Of a stretch of 64,000 nucleotides of DNA, positions 12,349 to 24,967 are shown in pieces. Position numbers and translations under genes: made by a program. The notes under the pieces are model-generated. The model ran no database searches and was not told the origin of the DNA. It was given only the letters and a program-made list of their open reading frames with translations. The DNA lies in NCBI GenBank assembly GCA_946965045.2, contig OX337236.1:1984001-2048000 (forward strand), written 5' to 3'. The DNA comes from Epithemia pelagica. Its lineage: Eukaryota; Protista; Bacillariophyta. How positions within the stretch are numbered: the first letter of the stretch is position 1; every line of letters begins with the position of its first letter.

Positions 12349-12421
12349 TGTCGGTTCCGTGAATCGAACACGGGACCTGCAGATCTTCAGTCTGTCGCTC
12401 TACCAACTGAGCTAAACCGAC
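12349..12421 (-). tRNA. trnF: tRNA-Phe(GAA)
   Basis: Minus strand reads GTCGGTT TAGCTCAGTTGGTAGAGC GACAGA CTGAAGA TCTG CAGGT CCCGTG TTCGATT CACGG AACCGAC A: a complete 73-nt cloverleaf with A and B boxes and a TTTT run downstream. Confidence 0.97.
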
Positions 12422-12601
12422 GCTGACATTCTAGGTATTTTTGCAGTACTTAGTTCCTTTTTGTTTCTCCTTCCTTATTATACAGCTCTTTCACAAATGG
12501 TGTAACAAATAACAACTAGCTTTGAAACTCCTTGCATGAGCAACTCACTGTTCATTCATGGGTACTACTGAATTTCGCTTTGTTACGTTTCCTCGTGTTA
12601 G

Positions 12602-13853
12602 CTAGATGAAGAAGTAAACGGCAGCAAATGCCAGGGCGATCCCTCCTTGTACAAGGGCACCGGCTAGCAGGTTCTCGTCCGTAAAGGCCGCAATGGTATC
12701 TCCAATAGACCGAAAGGTAAAGAGCAAGAATCCAGCCAACGCAGCCTGTTTGGGAATTCCCCCCTGTTTCAATTTTACGAGAGGATCATTGTCCATCTCG
12801 GCTTGGGCTGTCTTTAAATCCTCGACAGCCTTTTCCACTTGTGCGGTTTCGCTATTGACACGCTCCAACATGCTTGCCATGGCCGCTTCGGCATTGGCCA
12901 ATCGTTCCGCCTCGCTAGAGACAGCGTCGACTGCCTCCTGGGCAGTGGTTTCGGCGCTTTGTTGAGCATAGGATTGCTGGCGAATCAGGGCCCAAGGAAC
13001 AAGAAGAGACAGATACAACAAAGACAAGGCGCCATTGAGAGGTTCATCCGCGGAGGACAATGATTGTCTCATAATTTGACCGTACCTGTTCTTTGCGGAT
13101 TTCCTCCAAACTTTCCATAAGTTGAGCACTTCCCTTGTCAAAAATGGCTTCAATCTCTTTCATAATCTTTTCGTCGTTCAATATCGATTCCGAGGAGAGT
13201 GAGTCCGACGATTTCAGTTTGACTTCTTTGAGGGCCTCGTTCAATGCATCGTCCATAAACTTTTCCATATCCGGGTTGGAGGTAGAATCCGTCCCAAGTT
13301 TATCGAAAATAGAGCTTATTTCGGAAACAGTGCTTCCACTTGTTTTGGAAGGAGAGTCGCTTGCTGTGGTGGGTGTGCCTCCCATTTCTTCCATAACGTC
13401 GGAATAGAGTTGATCATCATCCGTTGTCTCCAAATCTTTCATTAACTTGGTATACATTTGGACCTCCTTTTCGGGTGTGAGAGTTTCCGATGCCCCCGTC
13501 TCGGGTACCATGCCCTTGTCGGCCGAAATGGAGCTTTGGACGGGCGCACTTGTTGTTGTTGGTCCTTTTTTGGATCCTCCATCTCCACCGAGAGATTCTA
13601 CCAGCGAATCCAGTTTTTGAAAGGCATCATTCATACCAGGTGCTCCTTGTTCATCGTCGTCATCATCATCGTCTTTCATGCGGTTGACAACAAAGGAACG
13701 TCGATGGAACAAGGGGGAGAACTGACGACATGGTGGTGATGGTGCTTGGTGGACAATGACAAACGACCATGAAAGGGAAAAGCCTTGAAGCAAGATCAAT
13801 GATAGAAGGCACCCAACGATCATCCTGTAGTCTTTCATTGAGCTTTTAACCAC
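12602..13853 (-). CDS. Probable plastid-targeted hypothetical protein with coiled-coil and C-terminal TM helices, 2 exons (13853-13086, 12976-12602)
   Basis: Signal peptide ending SWSF. A 109-bp GTACGG...CAG intron joins ORFs 13044..13853 and 12602..13153 in frame. Confidence 0.7.
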
Positions 13854-14049
13854 AATGCCAAGAGAATTTCAATCAACAGAACAAAAAATGCACCAAAGGT
13901 GCCAACAAGACGACATGGTCCGTGTCGAAAATCTTGTGTTGACAGATGGAGGTCGGTCGCGAAAAATATGGTCGCAGATATATTGTGTGCACGTCTGTAT
14001 GTATGCTTCCATTGCATTCCTTTTGTGGAGACTTTTGCTTACTTCGACC

Positions 14050-17000
14050 ATGGTGGACGGTACCAATGCACCGTCACAGCAACCTGGAATATCATCGTCG
14101 GATGGAGATGGAGGGTTGTCACGTTCCCAAATGATGCAACGTCGAATGGACATGCCGCTTGGAACGAATCCAGCAGCCAAAGTTGTTCGACGATCGACAA
14201 AGCCTTTGGTGCAACCCACCACGAACACACCGTCCCTCTCCACTTCCACACAGGAAGCACGAGCTTCCTCAAGAACAACCGTTGGGCTCTCCTTCCCGAA
14301 TCAGGAGGCATTAGAGAGCCAAAATCCATCGCTCTCCGTCGTGGGAGCAATTGTAGAACGACCACGACGAAAAAAGCGTCAAAACAGAACCAACGACAAC
14401 ACTAAGGTCATGGAAAGTCGACCGACCAAGCTCGAAAATGGATTCCCATCGCTACAAGTACCAATAGGAACTTATCTAACAAAGCCCCAAACGTCAGCCT
14501 CCCTCGCCAGCCAATCACTACCTGCAACGACCACAACTACAGAATCGGAGGATCAACCATCGACGTCCATGTCCAACCTTTGCAAGGAATCCGCGAAGGA
14601 AGCAGATGCCTTGTTGTCCCAAATGTCGCAAGCTGAAATTGAAGAATCGAAACGAGAACTAGAACAAATGTTAACCCCCGACATGGTGGCGTTTCTTCGA
14701 GGACGAAAACACCAGGACGAGGGCAAGCGGACATCCAAGACGCCAATCGAGACCTCACCAACCCAAGACAATGCACCAGAGCAAAGACCTGGCGATCAAT
14801 TCACGTCATCCTCAGAACAGAAATCAATGCCAAACATAGGTTCATATCACGAGCCATCACAACAAGTCCGAACAGAAGAGGAACTTCGTATGTTCCAGCA
14901 ATTGGCTTCCATCCAGACACACGAGGATTTAGATGCGGCCTATCAAGCCGAACATGATGGCGAGAAAAGTCCATTCTTTGTGGAGACGAGCATCGACAAT
15001 GAACAGAATCCTGGTGTGGACAATCTCTGCAAGTCAACCAAAGTTGGCGAGAAAGCCAAGCAAGACTTTCGATTGGCATGTGATTTGTTGCGGTCGGCGG
15101 TGCCGCGACAAAACTTGTGGGCGGTCCGTACCGTCCAGGCAGTACTTCAGCACGACATGGAGTCCCCACAACGTGTGAGGGAAACTCGCATTCATCCTGA
15201 ACGTTCGTCTTCACATCCCTATCCTATCACTCTCCCAGTGTCACTTCGGTGCTTGTTAGATGTCCAAGCGTCGCATCGGGCGAACAATGGATATGTTCTT
15301 CATGCGCATGTCCTACAAGCACTATACCTTTTGCTTCGATTACGAGTGGTGGAAGACCAGGATGTGAATGTCATGGTTGGAAACAGCACTGACGGTACCG
15401 ACGACACGACAGTGATCAATGACACCTCTCACTCCAAATACCAACAATGGTTTGCCCAAGATGCTGCACCGTGCACTCCGGTCGATCTCACCTATCAAAA
15501 ATCCAAAAACCATACAGTGCAATCGATTTCCGTAAATGGTCATGAAAATGTCGCCTATGCATCGACATCGTCTTCAGAATCAGCCGTACGCGATGGACAA
15601 AACTTTTGGCGGGATCCTCTATGGACATTGTTGTCGCAAATGCGCATCATCCCGCAATTGGCACAACTAGTGGAAAAGTCTGCGTCATCTCCCAGCATGG
15701 AACCCACGGAAACAATGCTTCAATTGCCGAAAGAAGGCATTGCTGCCATGTGTGGAATTCTTGCCATCATGGCCCAGCGATCTCCTGGGGCTGCGGCGGC
15801 AATTGCGGAATATCAGAATCTAACGTCCAATCTTTTAACCATGGCGCTTTCTCAAGAGGAGGAAACAAATCAAGAAACTCCATGGCTGGACCATAGTGTC
15901 CTTACTCCAGTTGTCATGTTTCTTTCGGTATTGGCCCGTCAATCTTATGTGGCCGCCAAGTCGCTTCAATCGCACACGGAGGATCTTATTACGAGAGTTT
16001 TTTTGCTTCCAAAAGCCACGAATGGAAATGTGATTTATATACAGCAGTGGACACTTGTTCTTTGGAGGACATTACTGCGATATGGACTTGGAAGGGAGCT
16101 TATGGAAACAGTTCTGACCGTCACGGCGTCCCAGCGAGCTCGGACGAATGGAAAATGGCCGTGTGATGCCCACCTGTTTTCGTGCCTACAAGTGTTGATC
16201 CAGAACACCCCACATCAAACCCCAATTCGATGGGCCACCGTGTCAGTCGAAAAGAGTTGCATACAACAACTTGAAGAAGCTTCAAAGACCCTTCCGGCCG
16301 ACACGCAGAATGCCAGTGATATTCGAACACTTGCCTCCTGCTTGGGGCTTCTTCGAGCAATGGGTGAACACGAGAGATTACGGGGCACAGAAGATTCTTC
16401 TGACTTTAATTGTCATGTCTTTTCAGAGGATGAAACAAGTCGCATTCGTTGTGCGATGCTCTCCATGTGGGAGAGTGGCTTGATAACACACGCGTTCAAG
16501 ATTGTGTTAAAAGACTTGTTCCTTCCTATCGCCCATTCCACCGAAACGTTGCATGACGTGAGATTGGAAGCGGCAATGGCGTCTTTTGTTTGCAGCTTCC
16601 TGTCAATCTTATCGACAGAAGGTTGGATTGGAGCAGTGGATTCCACCTTGGTGCAAACGGAGTTGACCGAGATTGTCTTAGCAGAAGTCAAAAGAGTCCC
16701 GTCATTTTCCGACGCTGACTCTGAAGACGTGTGCATTTTCTCGGTGGCACGGAGGGGATGGCGAAATGTAGCTCATGTTTCTGTCATGGAAACCGTCTTT
16801 TCCGAAGTAATAAAGGCTGGCCATGCGTCTTTAGGAACTGCAATACTGACTGCCTTGATTGGACGGTTGCAATTCGGCGAGGAAGCTCTTGCCCATTTGC
16901 TGCTCCAGCTGGCCCCATCGGTGCCCACATTTTCTACACTGTCCTCAATGTTCACACAAAACTTGAGGTCTTCATCACAACGAGTTGCTCAGGTCAATCG

Positions 17001-18195
17001 TTCTCTAGAGCTTTTTGGGTATGTTTCGGTGTCGGGAAAAAATGATCCTCTCATAAGCTTGTCCTCTTCTTCAACGAGGTCGGTAGATATGTTGCTTCCG
17101 GTGGGCAGATACTGGCTTTGGAAGGTGCTGGCAGGAACTACTGAAACAAGGACACAAAATACATCGTTGTCTAGAGATTTCCTCTCAGTTGTACAGTCAG
17201 CATGTCGTTGTATTCAGGAACTCGAACAAGCTGCAGTGGATGGTCATTGCTGCTTCTCTGCACAGTTAAATCAAGGAGGAAAGCTTTACTACGTCATGAA
17301 TCTGTGTTTACAAGACGAGGAGATTCTTGGTCACAATGAAATAACGGACACTGCAGATAAACTAGTCGCTACTTATGGGGAGCGGTTGGATCGAAGAGCC
17401 ACGGCAAGTTTTATGCACGAGTGCATGTCTCATTCGTCTACGTCTACCGGACAGGCTCAAAAAGAAGAAACCGAGTCGTTGACTCCGGACGAGGAGACCG
17501 CCAAGAGTTGGATGTCTCCGAAAGAGAAAGGCCATGGTGTACCAAAAGAAGTGATGAATTTTGTGAATGATCTTTGCTCCTCCTACGTAAAATATGGTGC
17601 CCAATATGGAGCCTTGTATACTCGATGCATGAGAACCTTTCTTCTTCCCGCGTTTGCTGTGAACCTTCGCTGTGAGGTGCTTCGGCGTCTGGACGGTCTG
17701 TTGCATTTATTTACAATCGAAGACGATGACGAGCAGCTCTACCAAGCACTGTGCTGCTTCGTACGGGTACAAGCAAAGGATGAGGGCGTTGACCCCATGG
17801 ACAAGGCCGTCGTTGGCAATGACGAAATGGATGATCCTGAGTGGTTGGATGCGTTGGCTAGGGTATTTCCGAAAGGCAGTGGTGAAGCACGGTCCGACAT
17901 GAAATTTATCAGAGGATTGGCTGTATATTGCCTTGGGAGAAGCTTGGTACAAGCTCGTCAACGAAACTCTCCACATGCGTGGACGACCTGCAAAGTGCGT
18001 CTTCAAGGCACGGAACCCAGCTTTGGATTGATGTGTGTCCATTTGGCGATTGGCATTGTCAACGGTTCAAACATCGATTCCCAAACACTGATCGTGGATG
18101 CACTTCAAGCACGGAATGACACAGTGAAAGATGACACTATGATAAATGATTTGGAGGACGGTAGTTGGACCAAACTTTACGAATTGTTGGCCTGA
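14050..18195 (+). CDS. RPAP1: RNA polymerase II-associated protein 1 (RPAP1/Rba50)-like
   Basis: LLSQMSQAEIEESKRELEQMLTPDMVAFLRGR is the RPAP1_N motif, followed by a long ARM-like helical region. The track ORF starts at 13855; ATG 14050 is preferred because 13855 abuts the divergent gene's start. Confidence 0.75.
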   Translation: MVDGTNAPSQQPGISSSDGDGGLSRSQMMQRRMDMPLGTNPAAKVVRRSTKPLVQPTTNTPSLSTSTQEARASSRTTVGLSFPNQEALESQNPSLSVVGAIVERPRRKKRQNRTNDNTKVMESRPTKLENGFPSLQVPIGTYLTKPQTSASLASQSLPATTTTTESEDQPSTSMSNLCKESAKEADALLSQMSQAEIEESKRELEQMLTPDMVAFLRGRKHQDEGKRTSKTPIETSPTQDNAPEQRPGDQFTSSSEQKSMPNIGSYHEPSQQVRTEEELRMFQQLASIQTHEDLDAAYQAEHDGEKSPFFVETSIDNEQNPGVDNLCKSTKVGEKAKQDFRLACDLLRSAVPRQNLWAVRTVQAVLQHDMESPQRVRETRIHPERSSSHPYPITLPVSLRCLLDVQASHRANNGYVLHAHVLQALYLLLRLRVVEDQDVNVMVGNSTDGTDDTTVINDTSHSKYQQWFAQDAAPCTPVDLTYQKSKNHTVQSISVNGHENVAYASTSSSESAVRDGQNFWRDPLWTLLSQMRIIPQLAQLVEKSASSPSMEPTETMLQLPKEGIAAMCGILAIMAQRSPGAAAAIAEYQNLTSNLLTMALSQEEETNQETPWLDHSVLTPVVMFLSVLARQSYVAAKSLQSHTEDLITRVFLLPKATNGNVIYIQQWTLVLWRTLLRYGLGRELMETVLTVTASQRARTNGKWPCDAHLFSCLQVLIQNTPHQTPIRWATVSVEKSCIQQLEEASKTLPADTQNASDIRTLASCLGLLRAMGEHERLRGTEDSSDFNCHVFSEDETSRIRCAMLSMWESGLITHAFKIVLKDLFLPIAHSTETLHDVRLEAAMASFVCSFLSILSTEGWIGAVDSTLVQTELTEIVLAEVKRVPSFSDADSEDVCIFSVARRGWRNVAHVSVMETVFSEVIKAGHASLGTAILTALIGRLQFGEEALAHLLLQLAPSVPTFSTLSSMFTQNLRSSSQRVAQVNRSLELFGYVSVSGKNDPLISLSSSSTRSVDMLLPVGRYWLWKVLAGTTETRTQNTSLSRDFLSVVQSACRCIQELEQAAVDGHCCFSAQLNQGGKLYYVMNLCLQDEEILGHNEITDTADKLVATYGERLDRRATASFMHECMSHSSTSTGQAQKEETESLTPDEETAKSWMSPKEKGHGVPKEVMNFVNDLCSSYVKYGAQYGALYTRCMRTFLLPAFAVNLRCEVLRRLDGLLHLFTIEDDDEQLYQALCCFVRVQAKDEGVDPMDKAVVGNDEMDDPEWLDALARVFPKGSGEARSDMKFIRGLAVYCLGRSLVQARQRNSPHAWTTCKVRLQGTEPSFGLMCVHLAIGIVNGSNIDSQTLIVDALQARNDTVKDDTMINDLEDGSWTKLYELLA

Positions 18196-18350
18196 AAGGA
18201 GACTACATGGAGCCTGCCAAAAAAGAGTATCAATGAAACACCACGCCGCTGTGGATCAAAGAAATCCATTAGATTCCGAAATTCGTGCTAGAAACATCTT
18301 TACATTTCACCAATTAGCATACTCTTCACCAATGAGCACGCATCCTAGAG

Positions 18351-19028
18351 TTAGCGGTCTTTGGAAAAGGTAGAATCCCTTCCAAATGCAATTTCATCCA
18401 GGGCTTGTCCACTCCGTTGGTATTCTCCACCCCGGGCCACAAAATTGGGGCACTGATAATGGGTTCGAAACGCAACAAGGACCTCAGTGAGAAAACGATA
18501 TCACACATTCACAGAAAGTCACATCACAGACAACAGGGAGACAATAATCATACTTACCGGTCGGTAGGCTTTAATTGGAATCCATGGAAACACTTGGTAA
18601 AGAGAGCGATCAAAAGGGTGTGATTGAGACTACGACAACAGCGAACAAGATACAAGATCGGCCAACTTACCAGCTCCAATACCACCGGGTATCCGTCCAC
18701 TGCCGTCGCACAAGTCGCAATCGGGACATTTGACATCCACCGCGTTGGTAGTGGCTGTGACTTCTTTCTCCAAAGTTTCAGATACAGAGGACTCCACAAT
18801 TGTTGCTTCAGCGGCAGTGACCGCGTCTTCTTTGTCTTCTTCTGCCATTTTCTGGACAACCGACCACGAACGTGCACTGGTCGTGGACGCCATCCAGACA
18901 AAGGTCGCCTGCGAATTGCAACTAGGTACGAGAGCGAATCCATCACATGGTGCTAGCAAATTGAGACAAAGCACAGTCGCAATCAGACAGGTAAAAAGAT
19001 GAAAAAATAGAGATATCGTCGACGTCAT
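18351..19028 (-). CDS. Plastid-targeted DnaJ-like zinc-finger protein, 3 exons
   Basis: Signal peptide ending CDGF. CPDCDLCDGSGRIPGGIGA spliced to VFPWIPIKAYRP and CPNFVARGGEYQRSGQALDEIAFGR through two GTAAGT introns; stop at 18351. Confidence 0.7.
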
Positions 19029-19521
19029 GGTGACCTTCAACTTCGTGAACAATGAACAGGTCACACCTCGGAGAGAGAATCATATGCGACCAATCCGCGT
19101 GTGATTTCACTCATTCCGTCGGCGCGCCTGTATGGGTATGGGCGCTGCGAGCTCGAGATGTATTCTGTAGTGCCCGCTGCCCGCATAAAATAGTTAGAGT
19201 CACGCACCCATGCCAAACCACCTGTCACTTGTGATGCACGTGTATAGCACGTGTAACGTGGTAATTTGGATTTTGGCACACTCACCACTCACCATCACCA
19301 TGGTGATGATTGATGATCGTCTTGTACTCATGTAGTTCGTAGTCGTGTGGTGTGGAGTTCTTGTTTCATGTTTCATTTCCATCGACAAGACTCAGGAAAG
19401 TTAAAGGTGTGTGGCTAGCTTGGGAATGAAACGATGCATGGTCCATGATCCATGTTGCGCAAAATATCCCTAAAAGACATAGACATGTGCGTGCTCACGA
19501 CCAAAAAAATTTTGTACAACC

Positions 19522-21037
19522 ATGCTAGAACAGTTGACGTATCCACATCATGGTCGTGGACTTCTCACACCCGTGTTGCCTTTCTTTCCCAAGAGTCACG
19601 CACTTTGTCGAACCATGACCAACCATGAGGTACCCTTTCCAGAAGCCGATATCATTCGTCGTTCGCACGGAGGAGAAAGTCGACGAAGACGACGAATGCC
19701 TGCAGAATGGTCTCGACACAATGCCTGTATCATTCTCTATCCTCATTGGGCCACCACCTTTCGACTCGACAAGGCTCAACGTCAAGTAGAACATGTCGCT
19801 CGGACAATTGCGTCGGTGGGGAAGGAAGGAGTGATTGTCTATTGCAACACGCCATCCGATCGAGACAAACTCCAACAACGATTGGGTCAATGGGAAAACG
19901 GCGACCAGAACATTCAACTGGAATTGTGTCCAAGCAATGACACGTGGGCACGTGATACAGCGCCCACCTTTGTCTATGAACAAACGTCCACCACGAAATC
20001 TGAGTGTTTCCACGATCCTGATGAGCAGGTTGAACAGAAACAAGAGTGGACGTCCTTGGCCGGCTTGGATTGGGAGTTCAATGCTTATGGAGGACCAGAC
20101 GAGGGTATGTATTGGCCCTGTGACTTGGATCGACAAGTGGCGTCGGTGATGTGCCGTCAATTGTCCATACCGTGTCGATCTGTTCCCATTGTGTTGGAAG
20201 GCGGTTCTGTCCACACGGACGGCGAAGGGACCATTCTCACCACCGAAGAATGTTTGTTAAATCCGAATCGCAATCCAACTCTGACCAAAGAATACATTGA
20301 AGAACGGGTCTTGTCAGAACTGGGTGCGTCCAAAATGATTTGGCTTCCATTGGGTCTGGCGTTTGATCATGATACCAATGGACATGTCGATAATTGGGCG
20401 TGCTTTGCTCGTCCCGGGCACGTAATATTGGCCTGGACCGACGACGAACAAGGAGATGCCGTCAATTTTGAACGATGTCGTCAGGCCAAGAAACTGTTGG
20501 AACAAACCAAAGATGCCCAGGGTCGTCACTTGACGGTCCACAAACTGCATCTGCCCTCTCCCATATATTACACACGCGGTGATGTGGACGCGCTCCTCCC
20601 CACTAAAGTCAAACAAGATGATGGCAGTATGAAAAACGTGCCACCCCGAAAAGCTGGTGAACGAATGGCCGGAAGGTACGACATCTAATTGGTTTAACCT
20701 TGAATCGCCTTTGTGGAATTCCTTCATCATTCTGTTCTCACATGAATCTTTGTTGCTGTCAATGTTGGTCATTTGGAAACGTGGTGGAATGCACTAATAT
20801 TTGTTGTCTGTCAGCTACGTTAATTTTTACATTGCCAACGAAGCGGTCATAGTTCCACAATTTGGTGACAATGTCTACGATGCCAAAGCAATTGAGACCT
20901 TGACGGGTCTCTTTGCACCACAGCGAACAGTGGTAGGTGTACCGAGTCGCGAAATCTTGATTGGAGGAGGAAACATCCATTGTATTACGCAACAACTGCC
21001 TTCGGTGAATCAACCAACAACTAATTCCACGACATGA
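19522..21037 (+). CDS. aguA: Agmatine deiminase (Porphyromonas-type PAD family), 2 exons (..20675, 20815..21037)
   Basis: [35 protein letters not shown]. Intron 20676-20814 restores AGSYVNFY; catalytic [11 protein letters not shown]. Start codon uncertain. Confidence 0.92.
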
Positions 21038-21472
21038 TTGGAGTGGCGTCTTTTGAAAAGACCTCGTTCGACTTGATCGGTGCGCGCTGTCGGAGCATGG
21101 AGAGTACAATTGTGAAAGGACGCCATTTTGCGTCGAATGGCAATGGTCCCCAACAATCGATAGTAACACAGTGTGGTTGAAGAACGAATATGATCGACGT
21201 GCATGTATCAGTTGAGTCTCATGGTATTCATGAGTCATTTTTGTACGTGATCCGAACAGATAAAAGAGGTTTCTTTTTGTATATTTTGTGCGAGAATAAT
21301 TTGAAATAACCATTATATATTGTCTACTACTACAATTAAATCGCTTTCTGCTTCTTGTGATAATGTGCTGTGTGTTTCGTGTGCTGGCATGTGATGAATC
21401 AGTGGACCATGATGATTGAACTGTTAATGGGGATCTTTCTCATTCCGAATCAGCAGTATCAAGCATCACACT

Positions 21473-23463
21473 TTAGAGGGCTCTGTGAAGATAAGGGTTA
21501 TCGACCGATGTGGAATTTCCCGAGGCACTCGTAATACTGGATCCTGTCGACGATTCCTTTTCATAAATTTGTTCAAAGAGAGCTTCGTCCTCACGATCGA
21601 CGATTTGAGCTGTCATGGGTTCTTGCTTAAGCGCCGTGGCCAACTCCGAATCCAGAAGCTCTTGGTTGGTGATGAGGGTAGTCAAGGATTCTTCTTCTCC
21701 TTGCTCTTCCATTGTTGCATCAACTTGAGTCGACTCTTGTTCTTTTTCAGTTTCCGAGTGGTAAGAACCTGTCAAGGCCGTTTCTGGAACTCGTCCCAGC
21801 AACCGACGACCGAGGAACCGTGCAACGCGTCCGACGGTATTTCGGAGAGTAAAAGAGGCCACACGATCCGTCACAATGGCCGCCTTTTTGAATTTGGACA
21901 CCTTGAGTGGGGTTTCTTCTGTGATTCCTGGCCGGCCCATTTCTCGCATGCGTTTCAATTCTTCACGTTTTACCATTCCCTGAGTGACGGCCCCAATGAC
22001 TTTCAAGGTGGGGCATGGACTGACAACTTGTTTGAGGCTCGGCCACTCGGCTTGGGTAATCATACACGACGTATGGAACAAGTCCATGGCCGTGTCGACA
22101 TCCAACACTTTGCCGGATTGGTCATTTTCAAAGAGGGAATCCCAACCACCTCCTGCTCCACCACCACCAGAGATTTGGCCACCCTTTTCAAGCGCTTCGG
22201 CTCCACGACCCTCACGAGGACCACCGTTCCAGGACCAGTAGACACCCGACTTTTTACAGCGGGGGTCATGTGCGACTTGGAACAAGCGTTGACCTGCCTC
22301 GTGTTCTCCAACAAATCCACCTGCATAGATGCAACAGGAGAAGTAGATGAGTCAGCGCACTCCTTTTTCATTCTTTTGCTTTGACGACTCAATGGCAATA
22401 CAATACCTGTAATAAACTTCATAAAAATTGGAAAATATGTCCGGAACCATTCTCGCTTCTCGCGAAAGAGGGGGGATTCGGCAATACAACCAGGATACAT
22501 GCTGCTGAATGAGATGCCCGTCAATTTGTGGTACTTTTGGTATTAAAGAGAAACAAGAGAGAATAGTGATGAGTATTCCAGTCACACGATTCAACAGGAG
22601 GGAAAATGGTGACTCACCTTGGTATGCAATAAGTTGGCCATCATCATGAGACACAATTTCGAGTCCTTGTAAGCCTTGGCACCAATAAAGCCGTATCCAT
22701 CCGCCATGGCAATGGGATTCTTAAACCCAGCCTTGAAACCATCCAATTCGTGGAGATCCGCAATCGGGTAGACACCTCCGCCACCGACCGTGTTGTCATT
22801 CCCCGTGACGGAACCCACCATGACAACGCGAGGATCAGGCGAATCCATCATGCTGTTCATTAAGAGACTGACCATTAGGAAATGGGACAGATAGTTGATT
22901 TGCATGGTCTGTTCATGGTTGTCGACACTCCACTTGGCGTACGGCAGGGACGGTTGGTAGACGCCCGCGTTGCAAATGAGACGATCAATGGGCTTGGTGA
23001 GTCGGAATTCGTCCACCTTTTGACAAAAGTCTCGTACCGAGGCAAACGAGTTGAGTTCACAGTACATGGGCGTAAAGTTATCCATGTCGAATCCATCCAC
23101 TTCGGCCACGGCTTCCATTTTCTCAACGTCGCGAACGGCCCCAATCACATGGTATTCTCCCGTTTGAAGCAACGCCAAGGCTGTCTTGCGGCCAAGACCA
23201 GATGATGTCCCAGTAAGAACAACCAGTTCTGAAGGAATGCAGAAGAAATGAACAAATGAACCGACAATGAGAAATCCTCCACCCATACAAATCACAGGTC
23301 ACAGTGTGTACGTACTCTTGTCGCCAAACTTGTTTTTCACTTCTTCCTCGTACGGATCATACGTGGGCATTTTCCATCCTTTCATAAACTGGAAGGAATT
23401 GACGCTCGGGGCCCAGAGGCCGACCACCAGCAAAAGCTGCAACCACACGAACTTGTTTGTCAT
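21473..23463 (-). CDS. POR: Light-dependent NADPH:protochlorophyllide oxidoreductase with long C-terminal extension, 4 exons
   Basis: Signal + NSF presequence, TGTSSGLG, NAGVYQP, YKDSK (SDR YxxxK), MYPGCIAESPLFREK, SGVYWSWNGG. Three GT-AG introns join the track ORFs. Confidence 0.93.
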
Positions 23464-23853
23464 GGTGGATTTCTAATTTTGTGTGGTGTCTTTTGGCAAC
23501 CACCAATGTTCGCTTTGATGAGAAATCAAATGGAAGGTAATGAAGGATCGGGGCGGTGTTGTTGAAGATTTTGATTCAACGAATCTATACACCTCAGAGA
23601 TAGGGACATCAAAATTAACAGAAAGTCAAATACTAAAGGTTTTCTTCTCGCCTGGAAGTACGCACGCCCCACAACAAAGACGCCGGAAAGACGCGTCGCG
23701 TGATGGATGGCAGATGCAACTTCCATGGAACACACAAAGAGATCATTCGCGGGGCGGGATAGATCTTTCGGGTGGCCCCATCCATCCCATCTCTATCATC
23801 AATCATCACACACAAACGAGAATTCTTCTTCGAAACATAAACTGACCACCACC

Positions 23854-24582
23854 ATGGGCTTGTCACGTGTCCTTGCCGTTTCCGTAACCAGTTTCTTCTT
23901 GGTTCACCTCTTGGATAGGGGTTCCTCTTGTGCCACCGCCTTTGTTGTCGGACCAAGCCCCGAGACCATGGCAACATCGTCGTCGTCGTCAAGATTGCAC
24001 CCGTTACAGGCGTCAACGGTTCCTCGGAAGAAGAAGGGATACGAACCCAAATGGAAGAAGAAAAAGACCATGGCAGAAGAAATGGGAGGCGACGGAACCA
24101 AGGACCTGGCCCAGATTGGTTTAAAAGGAACCATCCCGGTCGTTTTCAAGCAAGGAAACCAAACCAAGACGACCATGGCGATTCCAGGTCAGCCATTGCG
24201 TGATGTCGCCTCACAGGCTGGGCAGTTTATCAAATATGGATGTGGCAAGGGCGAATGTGGTACTTGCGAGGCTATGGTGGATGGCAAATGGATTCGCCCC
24301 TGTTCGACGGCTGTCCCCGCCTTGGCACAGGGTCAGGAATATGTCATTCAAGTCAAGGAGGTCAAGGCCAAGTCGACAAGTTCGGGAAAATTTTACTCAG
24401 CCCGGTCCTTTGTCATGGGATTTTGGAACAATCTCTTGGGTATGGTGGGATTTGTCAAGTATCGTCGCAATGCCAAGAAAAACTGGAATGAACGCAAAGA
24501 ATACGAAGACCTTATTCGACAAAAGACGCTCGAGAAAAAGGCGGCCAAACTCAAGGCAGAACAAGACAAGTTGAAACCCTAA
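23854..24582 (+). CDS. Plastid-targeted 2Fe-2S ferredoxin-like protein
   Basis: Signal + ATAF presequence. YGCGKGECGTC...IRPC gives the C-x4-C-x2-C...C ligand pattern. Confidence 0.8.
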   Translation: MGLSRVLAVSVTSFFLVHLLDRGSSCATAFVVGPSPETMATSSSSSRLHPLQASTVPRKKKGYEPKWKKKKTMAEEMGGDGTKDLAQIGLKGTIPVVFKQGNQTKTTMAIPGQPLRDVASQAGQFIKYGCGKGECGTCEAMVDGKWIRPCSTAVPALAQGQEYVIQVKEVKAKSTSSGKFYSARSFVMGFWNNLLGMVGFVKYRRNAKKNWNERKEYEDLIRQKTLEKKAAKLKAEQDKLKP

Positions 24583-24967
24583 ATATACCCAATAGTGCAG
24601 ATGTCAAGGGTCAAGGGAGATGGAGTTCTCCTCTGAGGCTGATGGAAGCACCATGTCCTAAAGTAGTTCGTAGCTCATCGTTTGCTTTCACCATTTCTAA
24701 GTTATGTGTTAGTTGCAGCAATGTGTTCCAATAGTCCATCTGCGTACGATGTAGGGAGACAATTGGTTCTTTTGACCTTATTTGCTGACGGATTTGCAAG
24801 AAGTTTGCAAGAAGTACTTTACTCCTTCTAGAGGAAGGGCCAACCCGCAACGGTCTCCTAGCATCCATAGCTATGGGGTCGCGCGTACGTGTTCATGTTC
24901 GGTTTTTCGGCGTACGGTGTACGGTGATGCCAATGGACAATTGATTGCCGAGCGGTGTTTTTCTTCC

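Noticed and set aside
13855-14049. Track start of the RPAP1 ORF
   Set aside because: It starts 2 bp from the divergent gene's ATG, leaving no promoter space; a downstream ATG is more plausible.
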